Part shown: one piece after another, positions 20,827 through 31,342 of the stretch
Layout: every line of letters begins with the position of its first letter
Position numbering within the stretch: position 1 is the first letter of the stretch
From: Rubripirellula sp.
Lineage (GTDB): Bacteria; Planctomycetota; Planctomycetia; Pirellulales; Pirellulaceae
Direction of reading: 5' to 3'
Assembly: GCA_965216875.1 (NCBI GenBank)
Contig: OZ244207.1
Coordinates: forward strand, 2,272,001 to 2,336,000
DNA: 64,000 bases
Position numbers and translations under genes: made by a program
Notes under the pieces: generated by a model
The model's input: the letters and a program-made list of their open reading frames with translations, nothing else
Database searches by the model: none
What the model was told of the DNA's origin: nothing

Positions 20827-22041
20827 GTGCAAAACGATTCGCACCGCGACCCACGTATCGAAGCACTCGATCAACATCGCGATCGGTGCGTCGATGCGAT
20901 CGAACACTTGGTCGCCGGCGGCGCACAGTCTTCGGAACTGAAGAAACTCAAGAGCGAGTTTGGCAGCGAAGTCGCAGGGATGATTGGCGCCGTCGCAGGT
21001 CTTCAAAAAAGAGCGCGAGCCAAACTTGGCGAGGGGATCTGGTGGGTCACCGACAAATCATTGCAACAGTCTACGCCTTGGCAAGTCGCCAAATTGAAAG
21101 CCGACTGGTTTGCCCCCGATCACGTTTACGACCTCTGCTCAGGCATCGGTGGTGACGCCTCGGCGTTGGCCACGCATCACAGCGTTACCGCGATTGACGT
21201 CGACCCACTTGTGGCGGCAATGTGCCGCGCAAACCTTGCGACGCACGCTCCCGCAGGTGCCTCAACGGTGCTTGCCAACGATGTGACAACTGTCGACTAT
21301 CCCTCGGCGTCCCAATTCCACATCGATCCTGATCGCCGCAGTGAGGGGCAGAGAACGACCAGCCCCGAGCACTATCGCCCCACGTGGATTGAAGTCGGCG
21401 GATGGATTGAGAACTGTTCGGGCGCGATCGTCAAACTTGCTCCCGTTACCGAACCACTCGACACGCCCGCTCCCTTTCATCGCTGTCTGATTTCTCTTCA
21501 GGGTACGGTGCGTGAACAATCACTTCTCTTCGGCGAATGTATCGAACGGGCCGGGGTTGCCGAAGGAACGACATCTGCTTGGCGGGTTTTTGCCGATACC
21601 ACCGCGAGCAGATTCGAAGCCTCAACGGTTGACGACGCCAACGTGCCATCGGTCGATCGTCCCCAAGACTTTCTTGTTGACCCCGACGCTTCGGTGCGTG
21701 CCGCGAAGTTAACCGGCGCATTGGCGGTTGCGGGTGGCCTATCGACCCTTGGTGGCCCAACTGGCTTTCTCACCTCGACCGAACCGCCAGGCGCCAACGT
21801 TCACTCCATGTGTTTCGTTGGACGCGTGGTTTGGAGCGGGACCGCCGATGACCGAAAACTGCGCAAAACGCTCCGCTCGCTCGATGCCCATCCGCAAACG
21901 ATCAAGGTTCGGGGCAGCGATCATAATCCCAATGTGCTCACCAAACGCTATCGAGGTTGTGGGGAAAAACCACTTGTGCTGTGGATTGGTCGCGCAGGAG
22001 GTCGCGTCTACGCCGCGTTGACTGAGCAACCGGGCGAATGA
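20827..22041 (+). CDS. Class I SAM-dependent methyltransferase with C-terminal THUMP-like domain (probable RNA methyltransferase)
   Basis: LQQST; YDLCSGIGGDA SAM motif I; DPDRR; VKLAP; C-terminal IKVRG. Confidence 0.85.
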   Translation: MQNDSHRDPRIEALDQHRDRCVDAIEHLVAGGAQSSELKKLKSEFGSEVAGMIGAVAGLQKRARAKLGEGIWWVTDKSLQQSTPWQVAKLKADWFAPDHVYDLCSGIGGDASALATHHSVTAIDVDPLVAAMCRANLATHAPAGASTVLANDVTTVDYPSASQFHIDPDRRSEGQRTTSPEHYRPTWIEVGGWIENCSGAIVKLAPVTEPLDTPAPFHRCLISLQGTVREQSLLFGECIERAGVAEGTTSAWRVFADTTASRFEASTVDDANVPSVDRPQDFLVDPDASVRAAKLTGALAVAGGLSTLGGPTGFLTSTEPPGANVHSMCFVGRVVWSGTADDRKLRKTLRSLDAHPQTIKVRGSDHNPNVLTKRYRGCGEKPLVLWIGRAGGRVYAALTEQPGE

Positions 22042-22122
22042 ACCGACGTGGCGTCAGCTTCGTCTGTTCGATAACCTGCTTGATGATTCTATGGTTGAAA
22101 CTCGTCGCCGCAAGACATCCGC

Positions 22123-23066
22123 ATGATCGAAACCACACCGCGCCGTGTTGTCGTGCTTGGAGCAAACGGATTTCTTGGATCCGCCGTCGTCAAGCATCTT
22201 TCGCATCACGGCCACCAAGTGACTGCGTATTGGCGACATTCGCGCGCTGATATCGAGGCTTTACCAAACGTCAGGTCCGTTGTTGGCGACATCCGAGACA
22301 CATGGACGTTGGCGGATGCGATTCGTGACGCAGACGTCGTCTATCATTTTGCCTCGGCAACGCACCCCAGCCTTTTCTTTTCCGACCCTGCCGCCGAGTA
22401 TTCTGAAGCGCTCCAACCACTGATCTGGCTCATCGAAGTCGCAGCCAAAAACGGCGTGAAGAAGTTGGTTTACCCTTCGTCGGGCGGAACGATTTATGCC
22501 GACGAACAAGCGCCGCGAACCGAAGCGTCGCGGGTCGATCCTCGATCGCCCTATGCCATCTTAAAGCTGACTGCAGAACAACTTCTCATTCATTCGTCGC
22601 GCCAGGGGCATTTCTCGGTCGATATCTTTCGAGTTGGCAATCCCTACGGACCAGGTCAACCCTCGCGACCTGGCCAGGGGGTGATTCCCCACTGGCTTGA
22701 TTCGATTCAATCGGGAAAGCCCGTCCGCGTGTTTGGCGACGGTACAGCCCAGCGAGACTACATCTTCATCGATGATTTCTGCAAACTGGTGGCGTTGTCC
22801 TGCCAACGGCTCGAAGAAACGGCGATCATGAATCTAGGCACAGGGCAGGGCACGTCCCTTAACGAGCTGCTTGCCGTCATCAAGGATCTGGCAAACGAGT
22901 CCATCACGGTCGAAAACCTCGATTCCCGCGCGAGTGACATTCACACCATCGCACTGCGGCCCGACCGCTTGCTTGAGCTGCATCCGGACTTCGAATTCAC
23001 GCCGCTCAAAGAGGGTTTGCGGCAAACGTTGGCCGACCGTGGGATGATCAGCATTGAAGAGCATGA

Positions 23067-23070
<4 letters not shown>
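22123..23070 (+). CDS. NAD-dependent epimerase/dehydratase (extended SDR)
   Basis: GANGFLG, SSGGTIY, YAILK (YxxxK), NPYGPGQ, GDGTAQRDYIFIDD. Confidence 0.93.
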
Positions 23071-23535
<465 letters not shown>

Positions 23536-23644
23536 ACATGCCCTTTCAAGATGATCGACCGATTGCAGATCGACAAGGTTCACTTGATACTGGGCACCAA
23601 CTCATTTGACCACTTTCCCCAATTCTTGCTGCCCTCACGGACAA

Positions 23645-24940
23645 GTGACCTCGCCAACGGACTCCACGGTCGATCCGAACAACGTCGATAACGGCGAAAC
23701 CGACGTTCGTCAAACGGACGTTCCGGAAACCGGTGTTGAGCGTGAAAGTGACGAAGTCGCCGGAAAACGCGTTGCCTTGGTCGGCCGATTCGGGGGTATG
23801 AATCGTCGCGAAGCCTCGAATGTCTTGCGGTCCTTTTCGGCAATCATTGTCGATCGCGATGCAGGATCGGTCGATTGGGTCGTGATCGGTGCCGAGGAAT
23901 CGCCGCTTGCCGAAGCCGAGCTGCTCAGCGATCAAACTCGCGCCTCGGCTGCCCGTGGTGACCTCGAGATCCTGCACGAAACCGAGCTTTGGCAGCGTCT
24001 TGGACTTGTCGATGTCGAACAATCGGTCCGTCGCTATTACACCCCCGCGATGCTCGCCCATCTACTCGGCGTTTCCTCCTCGGTCATTCGCCGTTGGCAT
24101 CGACGCGGATTGATCACCCCGGTTCGCACACTGCACAAACTGCCCTATTTCGATTTCCAGGAAGTCGCCACCGCCCGACGCTTGGCTCAATGGATCGCGT
24201 CGGGCGCGAGCCCAGAAGCCATCGAACATCGGCTCGTTGAACTCGTTGCCGTCCTGCCGGACATCCAACGCCCCCTCGACCAACTATCGATCCTTGTCGA
24301 GGGCAAACAGGTCCTGCTCCGCCAAGGCGAGGGTTTGATCGAACCCGGTGGACAACTGCGTTTCGACTTCGATGCATTCGATGGCGACGATCCAGAGGAA
24401 ACGACGGCGGACCAAGCCACCGTTGTTTCGTTTGTCGAACGCTCTCAGGACCATCGAGACGACTTCCCTCTCGAGAGCGAGCCATCACTCGATGAAGACC
24501 CGCTGCTGGCCGCGGTGTTTGAATCCGAGGAAGCGAACCAGCTTGCGACCTCAGTCGACTATTGCCACGCAATTCTGGCTCGAGATGGACCACGCGCCGA
24601 CGTTTGCTTCCTGCTTGCGGAATTACTGTACCGCGACGGACATGTGATCGCGGCACGCGAGCGTTATTACACGGCCGTCGAACTTGATCCCGAGTTCGTT
24701 GAAGCGCGCGCCTCGCTTGCCGGGATCCTCGCAGAAACAGGCCAACTCGATTTGGCAGTGGCTGCCTATCGCGGCGCTCTTTCGCTTCACGAAGATTATC
24801 CGGACGCGCACTACAACTTAGCGCGAATTCTCGACGAGCTCGGACGCGATATCGAAGCCCGCCATCACTGGACGCAGTTCCTTCGCCTCGCCCCCGAAAG
24901 CCCTTGGGCAGCCGAAGCCGAACAGCGACTCAAGGATTGA
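23645..24940 (+). CDS. BRCT + MerR-type HTH + TPR protein
   Basis: GKRVALVGRFGGMNRREA...DWVVIG...ILHETELW (BRCT); YTPAMLAHLLGVSSSVIRRWHRRGLI (MerR HTH); C-terminal TPRs (AVELDPEFVEA, YPDAHYNLA); start uncertain (23606/23645). Confidence 0.85.
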   Translation: MTSPTDSTVDPNNVDNGETDVRQTDVPETGVERESDEVAGKRVALVGRFGGMNRREASNVLRSFSAIIVDRDAGSVDWVVIGAEESPLAEAELLSDQTRASAARGDLEILHETELWQRLGLVDVEQSVRRYYTPAMLAHLLGVSSSVIRRWHRRGLITPVRTLHKLPYFDFQEVATARRLAQWIASGASPEAIEHRLVELVAVLPDIQRPLDQLSILVEGKQVLLRQGEGLIEPGGQLRFDFDAFDGDDPEETTADQATVVSFVERSQDHRDDFPLESEPSLDEDPLLAAVFESEEANQLATSVDYCHAILARDGPRADVCFLLAELLYRDGHVIAARERYYTAVELDPEFVEARASLAGILAETGQLDLAVAAYRGALSLHEDYPDAHYNLARILDELGRDIEARHHWTQFLRLAPESPWAAEAEQRLKD

Positions 24941-25198
24941 TTAATCTTCCTTGCGACATCGATCGCATCGTGTAGGGCGCGCCGCCTCCGTCGCCTTACC
25001 GACCTCGTAATAGAACTTCTGTTGCTTGGCGGACCAGATGGACGTTTGCCCGCATTTTCGACAAGTGAACGAGAGGTCCAGGTAATAGCTCGGCAACGGC
25101 AACTCCGAAGTCGACGTCGCCTGCTGTGAAGGATCTGCTGGGATTGCCCCTTTAGGAATCCGACGCCGTCGTGGTTTCAATTTCTTCGGACGCGACAT
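24941..25198 (-). CDS. Zinc-ribbon domain protein (zf-trcl-like)
   Basis: YYLDLSFTCRKCGQTSIWSAKQQKFYYE....RCDRCR. Confidence 0.8.
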   Translation of the reverse strand: MSRPKKLKPRRRRIPKGAIPADPSQQATSTSELPLPSYYLDLSFTCRKCGQTSIWSAKQQKFYYEVGKATEAARPTRCDRCRKED

Positions 25199-25519
25199 GG
25201 CTTCACCAAATGGAGAATTGCAGGAACCAGCAATTGTAACTCGAGTCATCGATGATCAGGCGCGCCGACATTCGTCCCAAAGCGATAGCTCACGAATCTC
25301 AGAGGCGGAACGGTACCTTCGAGCCGCTCCAATAGCGTTTACCGCAGATTCCACGCGCCATCGGTATCGTTCCGAATGTACCGGTCGCGCAACTCTCACT
25401 AGTCTCCTGGCGCAATCTTTGAGGAAACGTCCCGGTTTTTGCCAACCGGCACAGTTTCCCTAGTCCATAAATTCGAGGCGAAATGTACGTTTCGAGAAGC
25501 ACGTAGAGGGAAATGGGGC

Positions 25520-26995
25520 ATGGCATCTGACCGTCCAACGACTGGCCGCAAAGCGCTGGAAGTCAATCTTGATCCGCGACGATATGGTTCCTTTGCCGAG
25601 ATCGGCGCTGGCCAGGAAGTCGTCCGCTGGTTCTTCCGCGTCGGTGGTGCTGCCGGGACCATTGCTAAGAGCATATCGGCGTATGACATGTCGGTTAGCG
25701 ACGCGATCTATGGTTCGGCCGAACGTTACGTTTGCCGCCAACGCCTCGTGCAAATGCTCGAGCGAGAGCATTCCTTGAATCTCGAACGGCTACGTGAAAG
25801 CCGCGGTGACACGACCGCCTTCTTTGCGTTTGCCGACACCGTCTCAGCGCGCAATTTCCACGGCACCAATGAATGCCATGGCTGGATCGGTATTCGATTC
25901 CAAGCACATCCTCGCGATCAAGACAGCCAAATCATCTTGCACGTTCGGATGCTTGACACCGAAAACGCGTTGCAACAGGAAGCGCTCGGGATCGTCGGGG
26001 TGAACCTGCTTTATGGCGCGTTCTTCCTCCACCACGAACCTGAACAATTGGTCGAATCGCTGCTCGACAACCTGAGCACGCGTCGCATCGAAATCGACAT
26101 GATCGAGTTCTCGGGAATCGGGTTCCGTCACGTCGACAATCGTGTGATGAGCCTGAAACTCGTTCAACTTGGTCTTTCCAACGCTGCGATGTTCTCGGCA
26201 AGCGGCGACGTCTTGCAACCCTCGGAAGTGTTGCGAAAACGTCCCATCCTTGTCGAACGCGGTAGTTTCCGACCGCTGACAAACGTCAACGTTGATATGT
26301 TGCGCGCTGCAAAGGAGAAGTTCCAACAGGAGGAGGACGTCGACGGCGATGACATCGTCACGCTGGCTGAAATCACCATGCGGAACCTCAAGGCGAACGG
26401 AGAAATCGACCTTCGAGACTTCCTGCACCGCGTCGATGCTTTGGCAGCCTGCGGGATGACCGTCCTGATTTCCGACTATTTTGAATACTACCGCCTTGCA
26501 GCTTACTTGGCGCGTTACACCAAGAACAAAATCGGCGTCACGATGGGCGCTGCGAGCTTGACCGAGCTGTTCGACGAAAAGTACTACCACGAACTCGAAG
26601 GTGGGATCCTCGAATCGTTCGGCCGCATGTTTAAGAACGACCTACGGCTTTACATCTATCCCCTCCTCAACCGCGAGACCGGTGAGATGACCACGGTGGA
26701 TAGCCTGCAGGTCTCGCCAGAGATCTACAACCTGTATCAGTACTTGGTCGACAAGGGCTGCATTCTGCAACTCGATAACCACGACGAACGCCACCTGCGT
26801 ACCTTCTCACGCGAAGTCTTGCGGATGATCCAGGCAGGCGAAGATGGATGGACGGCACATGTGCCCGGCGAGGTAGCTGAAGTGATCAAAGAACGCGGCT
26901 ACTTCGGCTACAAGCGAGACAAGAAGGTCGTGTCAGCACCGCCAGTGCTCACCACCGCACTACCAACGCTAACGGCTCCACCAACAAACGCATGA
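25520..26995 (+). CDS. Conserved cytoplasmic protein with C-terminal HxGH-class nucleotidyltransferase-like domain (family often mis-annotated 'TonB-dependent receptor')
   Basis: KALEVNLD..RYGSFAEIGAGQEV, SAYDM.VSDAIYG, RGSFRPLT, SREVL.MI..G...W...VP.EVA.VIK; no signal peptide and no beta-barrel. Confidence 0.85.
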   Translation: MASDRPTTGRKALEVNLDPRRYGSFAEIGAGQEVVRWFFRVGGAAGTIAKSISAYDMSVSDAIYGSAERYVCRQRLVQMLEREHSLNLERLRESRGDTTAFFAFADTVSARNFHGTNECHGWIGIRFQAHPRDQDSQIILHVRMLDTENALQQEALGIVGVNLLYGAFFLHHEPEQLVESLLDNLSTRRIEIDMIEFSGIGFRHVDNRVMSLKLVQLGLSNAAMFSASGDVLQPSEVLRKRPILVERGSFRPLTNVNVDMLRAAKEKFQQEEDVDGDDIVTLAEITMRNLKANGEIDLRDFLHRVDALAACGMTVLISDYFEYYRLAAYLARYTKNKIGVTMGAASLTELFDEKYYHELEGGILESFGRMFKNDLRLYIYPLLNRETGEMTTVDSLQVSPEIYNLYQYLVDKGCILQLDNHDERHLRTFSREVLRMIQAGEDGWTAHVPGEVAEVIKERGYFGYKRDKKVVSAPPVLTTALPTLTAPPTNA

Positions 26996-27014
26996 GCCGC
27001 GAGTACCACTCCCT

Positions 27015-27091
27015 GTAGCTACGCTCGCCAGAGCGTGGGAATGCAAGAGAGTCTCTCAGCACCGCGACCACCTTCTGACGAAGGTAGCTAC
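27015..27091. repeat. REP-like element (GTAGCTAC...GTAGCTAC family)
   Basis: gtagctacgctcgccagagcgtgg...ccaccttctgacgaaggtagctac: GTAG-terminated inverted arms, each with an internal palindrome. Confidence 0.85.
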
Positions 27092-27102
27092 GAGTAGTAA
27101 AT

Positions 27103-27153
27103 GGGACGCGGAGCGTCCGAAGAGTGCGTTACCACGCGGAGCGGGGTAACGAG
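27103..27153. repeat. REP-like element (GGACGCGGAGCGTCC / CGTTACCACGCGGAGCGGGGTAACGAG family)
   Basis: Two tandem hairpins, each with a GCGGAGC core. Confidence 0.7.
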
Positions 27154-27192
27154 GGCAGGCCCTACCATTCCCCGCAACCACGCTCGCGCCTG

Positions 27193-27441
27193 TCAACTCA
27201 TCGCGATCGCAACCACGGCCAATCCGATCCGGCCGAGCATTCCGACGAGCAACATAAAGAACGGAATCCTCAGCTCGCCAAAATTCATGATTCCGTAGAT
27301 GAGCGAAACGGGCCAAAGAATCAAGCAGCCGACACCCCAGATTGCTTCGCCATCACTAAAGGCCGTGACGACGATCCAGAGCCAACCGATGGCTCCAACA
27401 ATCATGAAGGTGATGATCAAGAAGCCGATCAAAGTGTCCAT
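27193..27441 (-). CDS. Small membrane protein (about 3 TM)
   Basis: 82 aa, hydrophobic, W..V.AF......WG.GCL; AAGG upstream of the ATG. Confidence 0.72.
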   Translation of the reverse strand: MDTLIGFLIITFMIVGAIGWLWIVVTAFSDGEAIWGVGCLILWPVSLIYGIMNFGELRIPFFMLLVGMLGRIGLAVVAIAMS

Positions 27442-27541
27442 GCGAATACCTTTCTTGATGGTGGCTGACTAAGAACGCTACCAGTCTAAGCGAACCGAAT
27501 CGCTGGTGCGAATCTTCGCCCGCCTATTGCGAACGGGTTTA

Positions 27542-28006
27542 TCACTTCTTCACATGTCGGCGCAACAAGGAGATCTGACCGAGGTGGTAATAGCAGTGTT
27601 CAATCGGTCCGACGAGGCAACGGTAATACGTCCCGTTCTTTGACTCGACGAAATCCTCTTGAAGTTGGCTCTCTGGCATCTGCTCGATCAACGATGCAAG
27701 TTCCTCGGCATCTGACCAAGTCTTGTCCAAGAGCGTCTCCCAATCGTCGGCATTTTCGATTCTCGCATGCTCAAAGCTCAGCGAGTCCTTCGCTTCGAGC
27801 GGTTCACCGTGGAAGACTTTGATGGTTGCATCGATGTAGTAATTCATGTGAAAGACGAGCGTCGCAATTGAGTGGTAGCCATCGATTTGCTGGATCGCTT
27901 GCTCCCAACGGAGATCCGCCACCTTCTCCTTCAGGCAGACGCCTGGCCAATTCGGGCCGAAATGAACAGCTCGAAGGTTTTTCGCAATGAATGAGGGTGA
28001 ATTCAT
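27542..28006 (-). CDS. DinB/DUF1572-family protein
   Basis: HSIATLVFHM...EHCYYHLGQI metal-binding His pattern; GGAG RBS. Confidence 0.88.
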   Translation of the reverse strand: MNSPSFIAKNLRAVHFGPNWPGVCLKEKVADLRWEQAIQQIDGYHSIATLVFHMNYYIDATIKVFHGEPLEAKDSLSFEHARIENADDWETLLDKTWSDAEELASLIEQMPESQLQEDFVESKNGTYYRCLVGPIEHCYYHLGQISLLRRHVKK

Positions 28007-28209
28007 ATCAACTCCACATCGTCAGCGGTTTGCGCTGAGCGGCGTTCTGGGATGGTCGACGCCTTCGCCGAGTCCACGCACGAACCTTACAGAATACTGT
28101 CTCAACAAGATCACTTGTGCCCAATAGACAGACGAACCCAAGCGATAGCGTTGTGTCTGATTGATCGAGTTTCGCTTCCCCGGTCGTCCGTTTCGAGCGA
28201 CACATCCTC

Positions 28210-28800
28210 ATGCAACCTGAATACCAAATCAGAGCCAACTACGACGCCAAGTCCATCGTGATCTACCAGGCCTACCGGCCGCAGATCGCCGATGCTGCAT
28301 TGGAACACCAGCGTTTCGTGGCGCCGTTCTCGCTCAAACGCATGACATGGATCAAGCCGTCATTTCTTTGGCTAATGTATCGCAGTCGCTGGGGCCAGAA
28401 ATCGGGCCAACGACGCACACTTGCCGTGCGGATTGCTCGGTCAGGTTGGGAAAAGGCGCTCTCACTGGGCGTGCTGACGCATCCAGAGCCATCCGTCTAC
28501 AGCAACGGCACGAAATGGCAGACTGAGTTCGAGACGGCAGCAGTGCACGTTCAATGGGACACCGAACGATCGCTGCGCGGTGCAGCCTTGAACCATTACA
28601 GCATCCAAGTGGGAATCTCGCGAAACTTGATTCACGAGTACGTGAACGACTGGACACAAGAAATCACCGACATAACGCCGCTGGTAACCAAGATCCGTCG
28701 ATGCATTCGATCCGGCAACGTTGCCAATGCGCGTCGGCTCTTGCCAACCGAACGGGTCTACCCGGTAGACCAAAAGGTCGGAGAGCGAATCCTACTTTGA
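28210..28800 (+). CDS. DUF4291 domain protein
   Basis: IRANYD...[35 protein letters not shown]...SIQVG. Confidence 0.9.
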   Translation: MQPEYQIRANYDAKSIVIYQAYRPQIADAALEHQRFVAPFSLKRMTWIKPSFLWLMYRSRWGQKSGQRRTLAVRIARSGWEKALSLGVLTHPEPSVYSNGTKWQTEFETAAVHVQWDTERSLRGAALNHYSIQVGISRNLIHEYVNDWTQEITDITPLVTKIRRCIRSGNVANARRLLPTERVYPVDQKVGERILL

Positions 28801-28817
28801 TCCATTTCAATCAACAT

Positions 28818-28949
28818 GATGCGACGCTTCGGAGCGAGAGATGCCCAATCAGGATGGCGGCGATTCGTCGCTGAGCTCTCGCCCGATGCTGCATCGTGTC
28901 GTGCGCACTCTTGCGTTTAGGACGCTCCTTTCGCGGAGCGAAAGACGAC
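28818..28949. repeat. Cluster of palindromic elements, including a GTCG(C/T)CTTTCGCTCCGCGAAAG-family arm
   Basis: gatgc...cggagcgagag / ctctcgcccg...gcatc inverted repeat, plus ctcctttcgcggagcgaaagacgac (inverse of the 13838 element). Confidence 0.65.
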
Positions 28950-28963
28950 CCTCCAGTGGCAAC

Positions 28964-28995
28964 AAAAAAGCGTCCCCAAGCGAACTTGGGGACGC
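28964..28995 (-). terminator. Rho-independent terminator of the sigma-70 gene
   Basis: Perfect 11-bp stem gcgtccccaag/cttggggacgc, UUCG loop on the minus strand, followed by a U6 tract; about 35 nt after the stop. Confidence 0.9.
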
Positions 28996-29029
28996 AAACG
29001 ATGGTTGGTCGGGTTTCGCTGGCCGCAGG

Positions 29030-30616
29030 CTAGAGTGCCTCGCTTCCTTCCATGACGGCCAATTCGGCACCATCAAGGAAGCTGACCAGCGACTTGGCTC
29101 GGTAAGGTTGCTGCAGCTTTCGAACTGCTTTGCTTTCGATCTGTCGGACACGTTCGCGAGTGACTTGGAAAATCCGGCCAACTTCTTCGAGCGTGTAGGT
29201 GTAGCCGTCAGCCAAACCGTAGCGGAGTCGCAAGATTTCGCGTTCGCGATAGTTCAGCGTTTCCATGGCCAAATCGATCTGAGCCTTGAGGGCCTCGCGA
29301 TTGGTTTCCATCAATGGATCGTCGTCGCGATGGTCTTCGAGGAATTCACCAAAGACGCTGTCTTCGTGATCGCCGATCGGCTGATCAAGCGACAACGGTT
29401 GGCGGCTCATCTTCAAGATCACGCGTGTGTCTTCGAGTGACAAGCCACTTCGCTGGCAAACTTCTTCGGCGGTGGGTTCGCGGCCATTCTCTTGAACCAG
29501 GTCACGAGTGATCTGACGAATCTTGTTCATCGTGTCGATCATGTGAACCGGTACGCGGATGGTACGGCTTTGATCAGCAATGGCGCGGGTGATCGCTTGG
29601 CGAATCCACCAGGTTGCATAGGTGCTGAACTTGTACCCACGAGCGTGCTCGAACTTGTCGACCGCTCGCATCAAGCCAGTGTTACCCTCTTGGATCAAAT
29701 CGAGGAACGACAGACCCCGGTTGCGATACTTCTTGGCGATCGAAACGACCAATCGCAAGTTACCGGCCGACAAAACACGTTTCGCTGCATCGTAGTCGTC
29801 GCGATAAGCGTCGCACTTGGAAACCCGGCGAGCAAGCGTCGCAGGCGATTCGTAGGTCAATCGCATCAAGTAGCGAAGTTCGCTTTTGAGTTCAGCCTGG
29901 GTTGGCATCCCTGGCATCTCAAGAGCTTCGGGATTGTTGAGCAACCCTTGGATCTCGATCATTCGCTCCGACGCTCGTCGAACTTTTTCGAAGATCGGCT
30001 GCAGCTTGCCGGTACGCAAATTCATTTCTTCGACCAGGCGAACGGCCTTGTTGCGTCGAACCACAAGGTTACGCCATGCGGCACGTCGTTGACGCATGGG
30101 CAACTTTTTGTCGACAGCGGTCATGAAGTCTGCGCGATTCTGGCTCAGCAAGAACTGAAGCGTTCGCACGTTGGGAACGATTCGCTTCATGATCGCCTTC
30201 TTCTCGGCAGCGTTGGTCACGCTCACTTCGATCGTGCGGTCAAGGCGAAGTGTTTTGTCGCGAACCTGCTCGAGCAGTTTCAAAGCGTTCTGCAGCATGA
30301 AGTCGGTCGCCAACATCCACTGGCGATAGCGATCGCGTGCCTTTTCGATCTGCTTGGCTGCGGCGACTTCCTGTTCGCGGGTCAGCAAAGGGATCTGGCC
30401 CATCTGCATCAGGTACATGCGAACCGGATCTTCGGTCGGGTCGGCGTCCGACTCTTCTCGGCGTCGCGTGCGATCGGATTCTTCTTCGCTGTATCGCTCT
30501 TCGTCGTCCTGGGCGTCGGCGAACTCCTGCCCCATCACACGTGAGCGGCGGGACACCGATTCCTCGGCAGAAAAGGCGTCATCTTGTAGACTGCGGCGGC
30601 TGAACTTCTTTCCCAT
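29030..30616 (-). CDS. RpoD/SigA-like (group 1/2) sigma-70 factor
   Basis: Region 1.2 [20 protein letters not shown]; region 2 [34 protein letters not shown]...[23 protein letters not shown]; region 4 [28 protein letters not shown] before TTG-ATG at 30619/30616. Confidence 0.95.
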   Translation of the reverse strand: MGKKFSRRSLQDDAFSAEESVSRRSRVMGQEFADAQDDEERYSEEESDRTRRREESDADPTEDPVRMYLMQMGQIPLLTREQEVAAAKQIEKARDRYRQWMLATDFMLQNALKLLEQVRDKTLRLDRTIEVSVTNAAEKKAIMKRIVPNVRTLQFLLSQNRADFMTAVDKKLPMRQRRAAWRNLVVRRNKAVRLVEEMNLRTGKLQPIFEKVRRASERMIEIQGLLNNPEALEMPGMPTQAELKSELRYLMRLTYESPATLARRVSKCDAYRDDYDAAKRVLSAGNLRLVVSIAKKYRNRGLSFLDLIQEGNTGLMRAVDKFEHARGYKFSTYATWWIRQAITRAIADQSRTIRVPVHMIDTMNKIRQITRDLVQENGREPTAEEVCQRSGLSLEDTRVILKMSRQPLSLDQPIGDHEDSVFGEFLEDHRDDDPLMETNREALKAQIDLAMETLNYREREILRLRYGLADGYTYTLEEVGRIFQVTRERVRQIESKAVRKLQQPYRAKSLVSFLDGAELAVMEGSEAL

Positions 30617-31175
30617 CAACGTCTCCTCGAAACCCGTTTCTGAACCATCGTTTAGGTTCGGGAGAGACAGAGCAGGCCCAGTGCCGGAATCGCATCCGGC
30701 CAGTGCGTAAATCATGGCAAACTGTTGTGAGAGAATAGGTTGCGTGAAAAGTGACCGATTTTTTGGCCGCCGCAATGTTGACGAAAAACGACACCAGGGC
30801 GTTGATTCAACGCAACATGTGTCGCCTTCACGACTCGATAGAAACCGGCCCAGAAAAGTCCGGTTCCCCCCGGCGGCCGTCTCGGTGCCAAAAGGTAGGT
30901 TACGGAAATGACCGACAGCTTCGGGTTGCCAAAACTTTCTCGCAGAAACTTTGCCTCGGCGCGGTTTCAAAGCCGCGTTCTCTGCGGCAATCTGAACGCC
31001 ACTACACGCATTGTCTCACGGGTTTTAAACTTACGTCCTTGCAGATCAGGGCGGACCATGGATCTGCGGTTGCAGGTCGACTGGGCTGCGATACCTCTCG
31101 ATCAACGGAGTTTGTTGGTTTGGAGTCAGCGGTGTTTACTCGATTGTGTCTTTCCGGTCGCACGGTTGGTCACAA

Positions 31176-31217
31176 GGATCCCCGCGTGAGCGAACGGATC
31201 CCCGCGTGAGCGAACGG
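31176..31217. repeat. Exact 20-bp tandem duplication
   Basis: ggatccccgcgtgagcgaac x2 followed by gg. Confidence 0.95.
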
Positions 31218-31342
31218 TTTTCGCTCTGCTGACGTTGCGTCAGATGCAATTCAGGTCCGTTTTGTTCCATCAAACAGCTAAGATGGAACAAAGTGGTCAC
31301 GCGTTTGGCAGAATCAATCGGATTACAAAGAACTCGAAAAAC

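Noticed and set aside
25307..25377. ggaacggtacc...ggtatcgttcc inverted repeat as a riboswitch
   Set aside because: A single stem with a long loop and no recognisable aptamer; probably another decayed palindromic repeat, with no second copy seen in the window
25520..26995. TonB-dependent receptor
   Set aside because: No signal peptide, plug or beta-barrel; too short; alpha/beta cytoplasmic motifs
29492..30544. 350-aa plus-strand ORF (likewise 14148..15170, 32987..33850, 41127..42059, 42678..43706, 49055..49870)
   Set aside because: Antisense to well-supported genes; long shadow ORFs are expected at this GC content and codon bias
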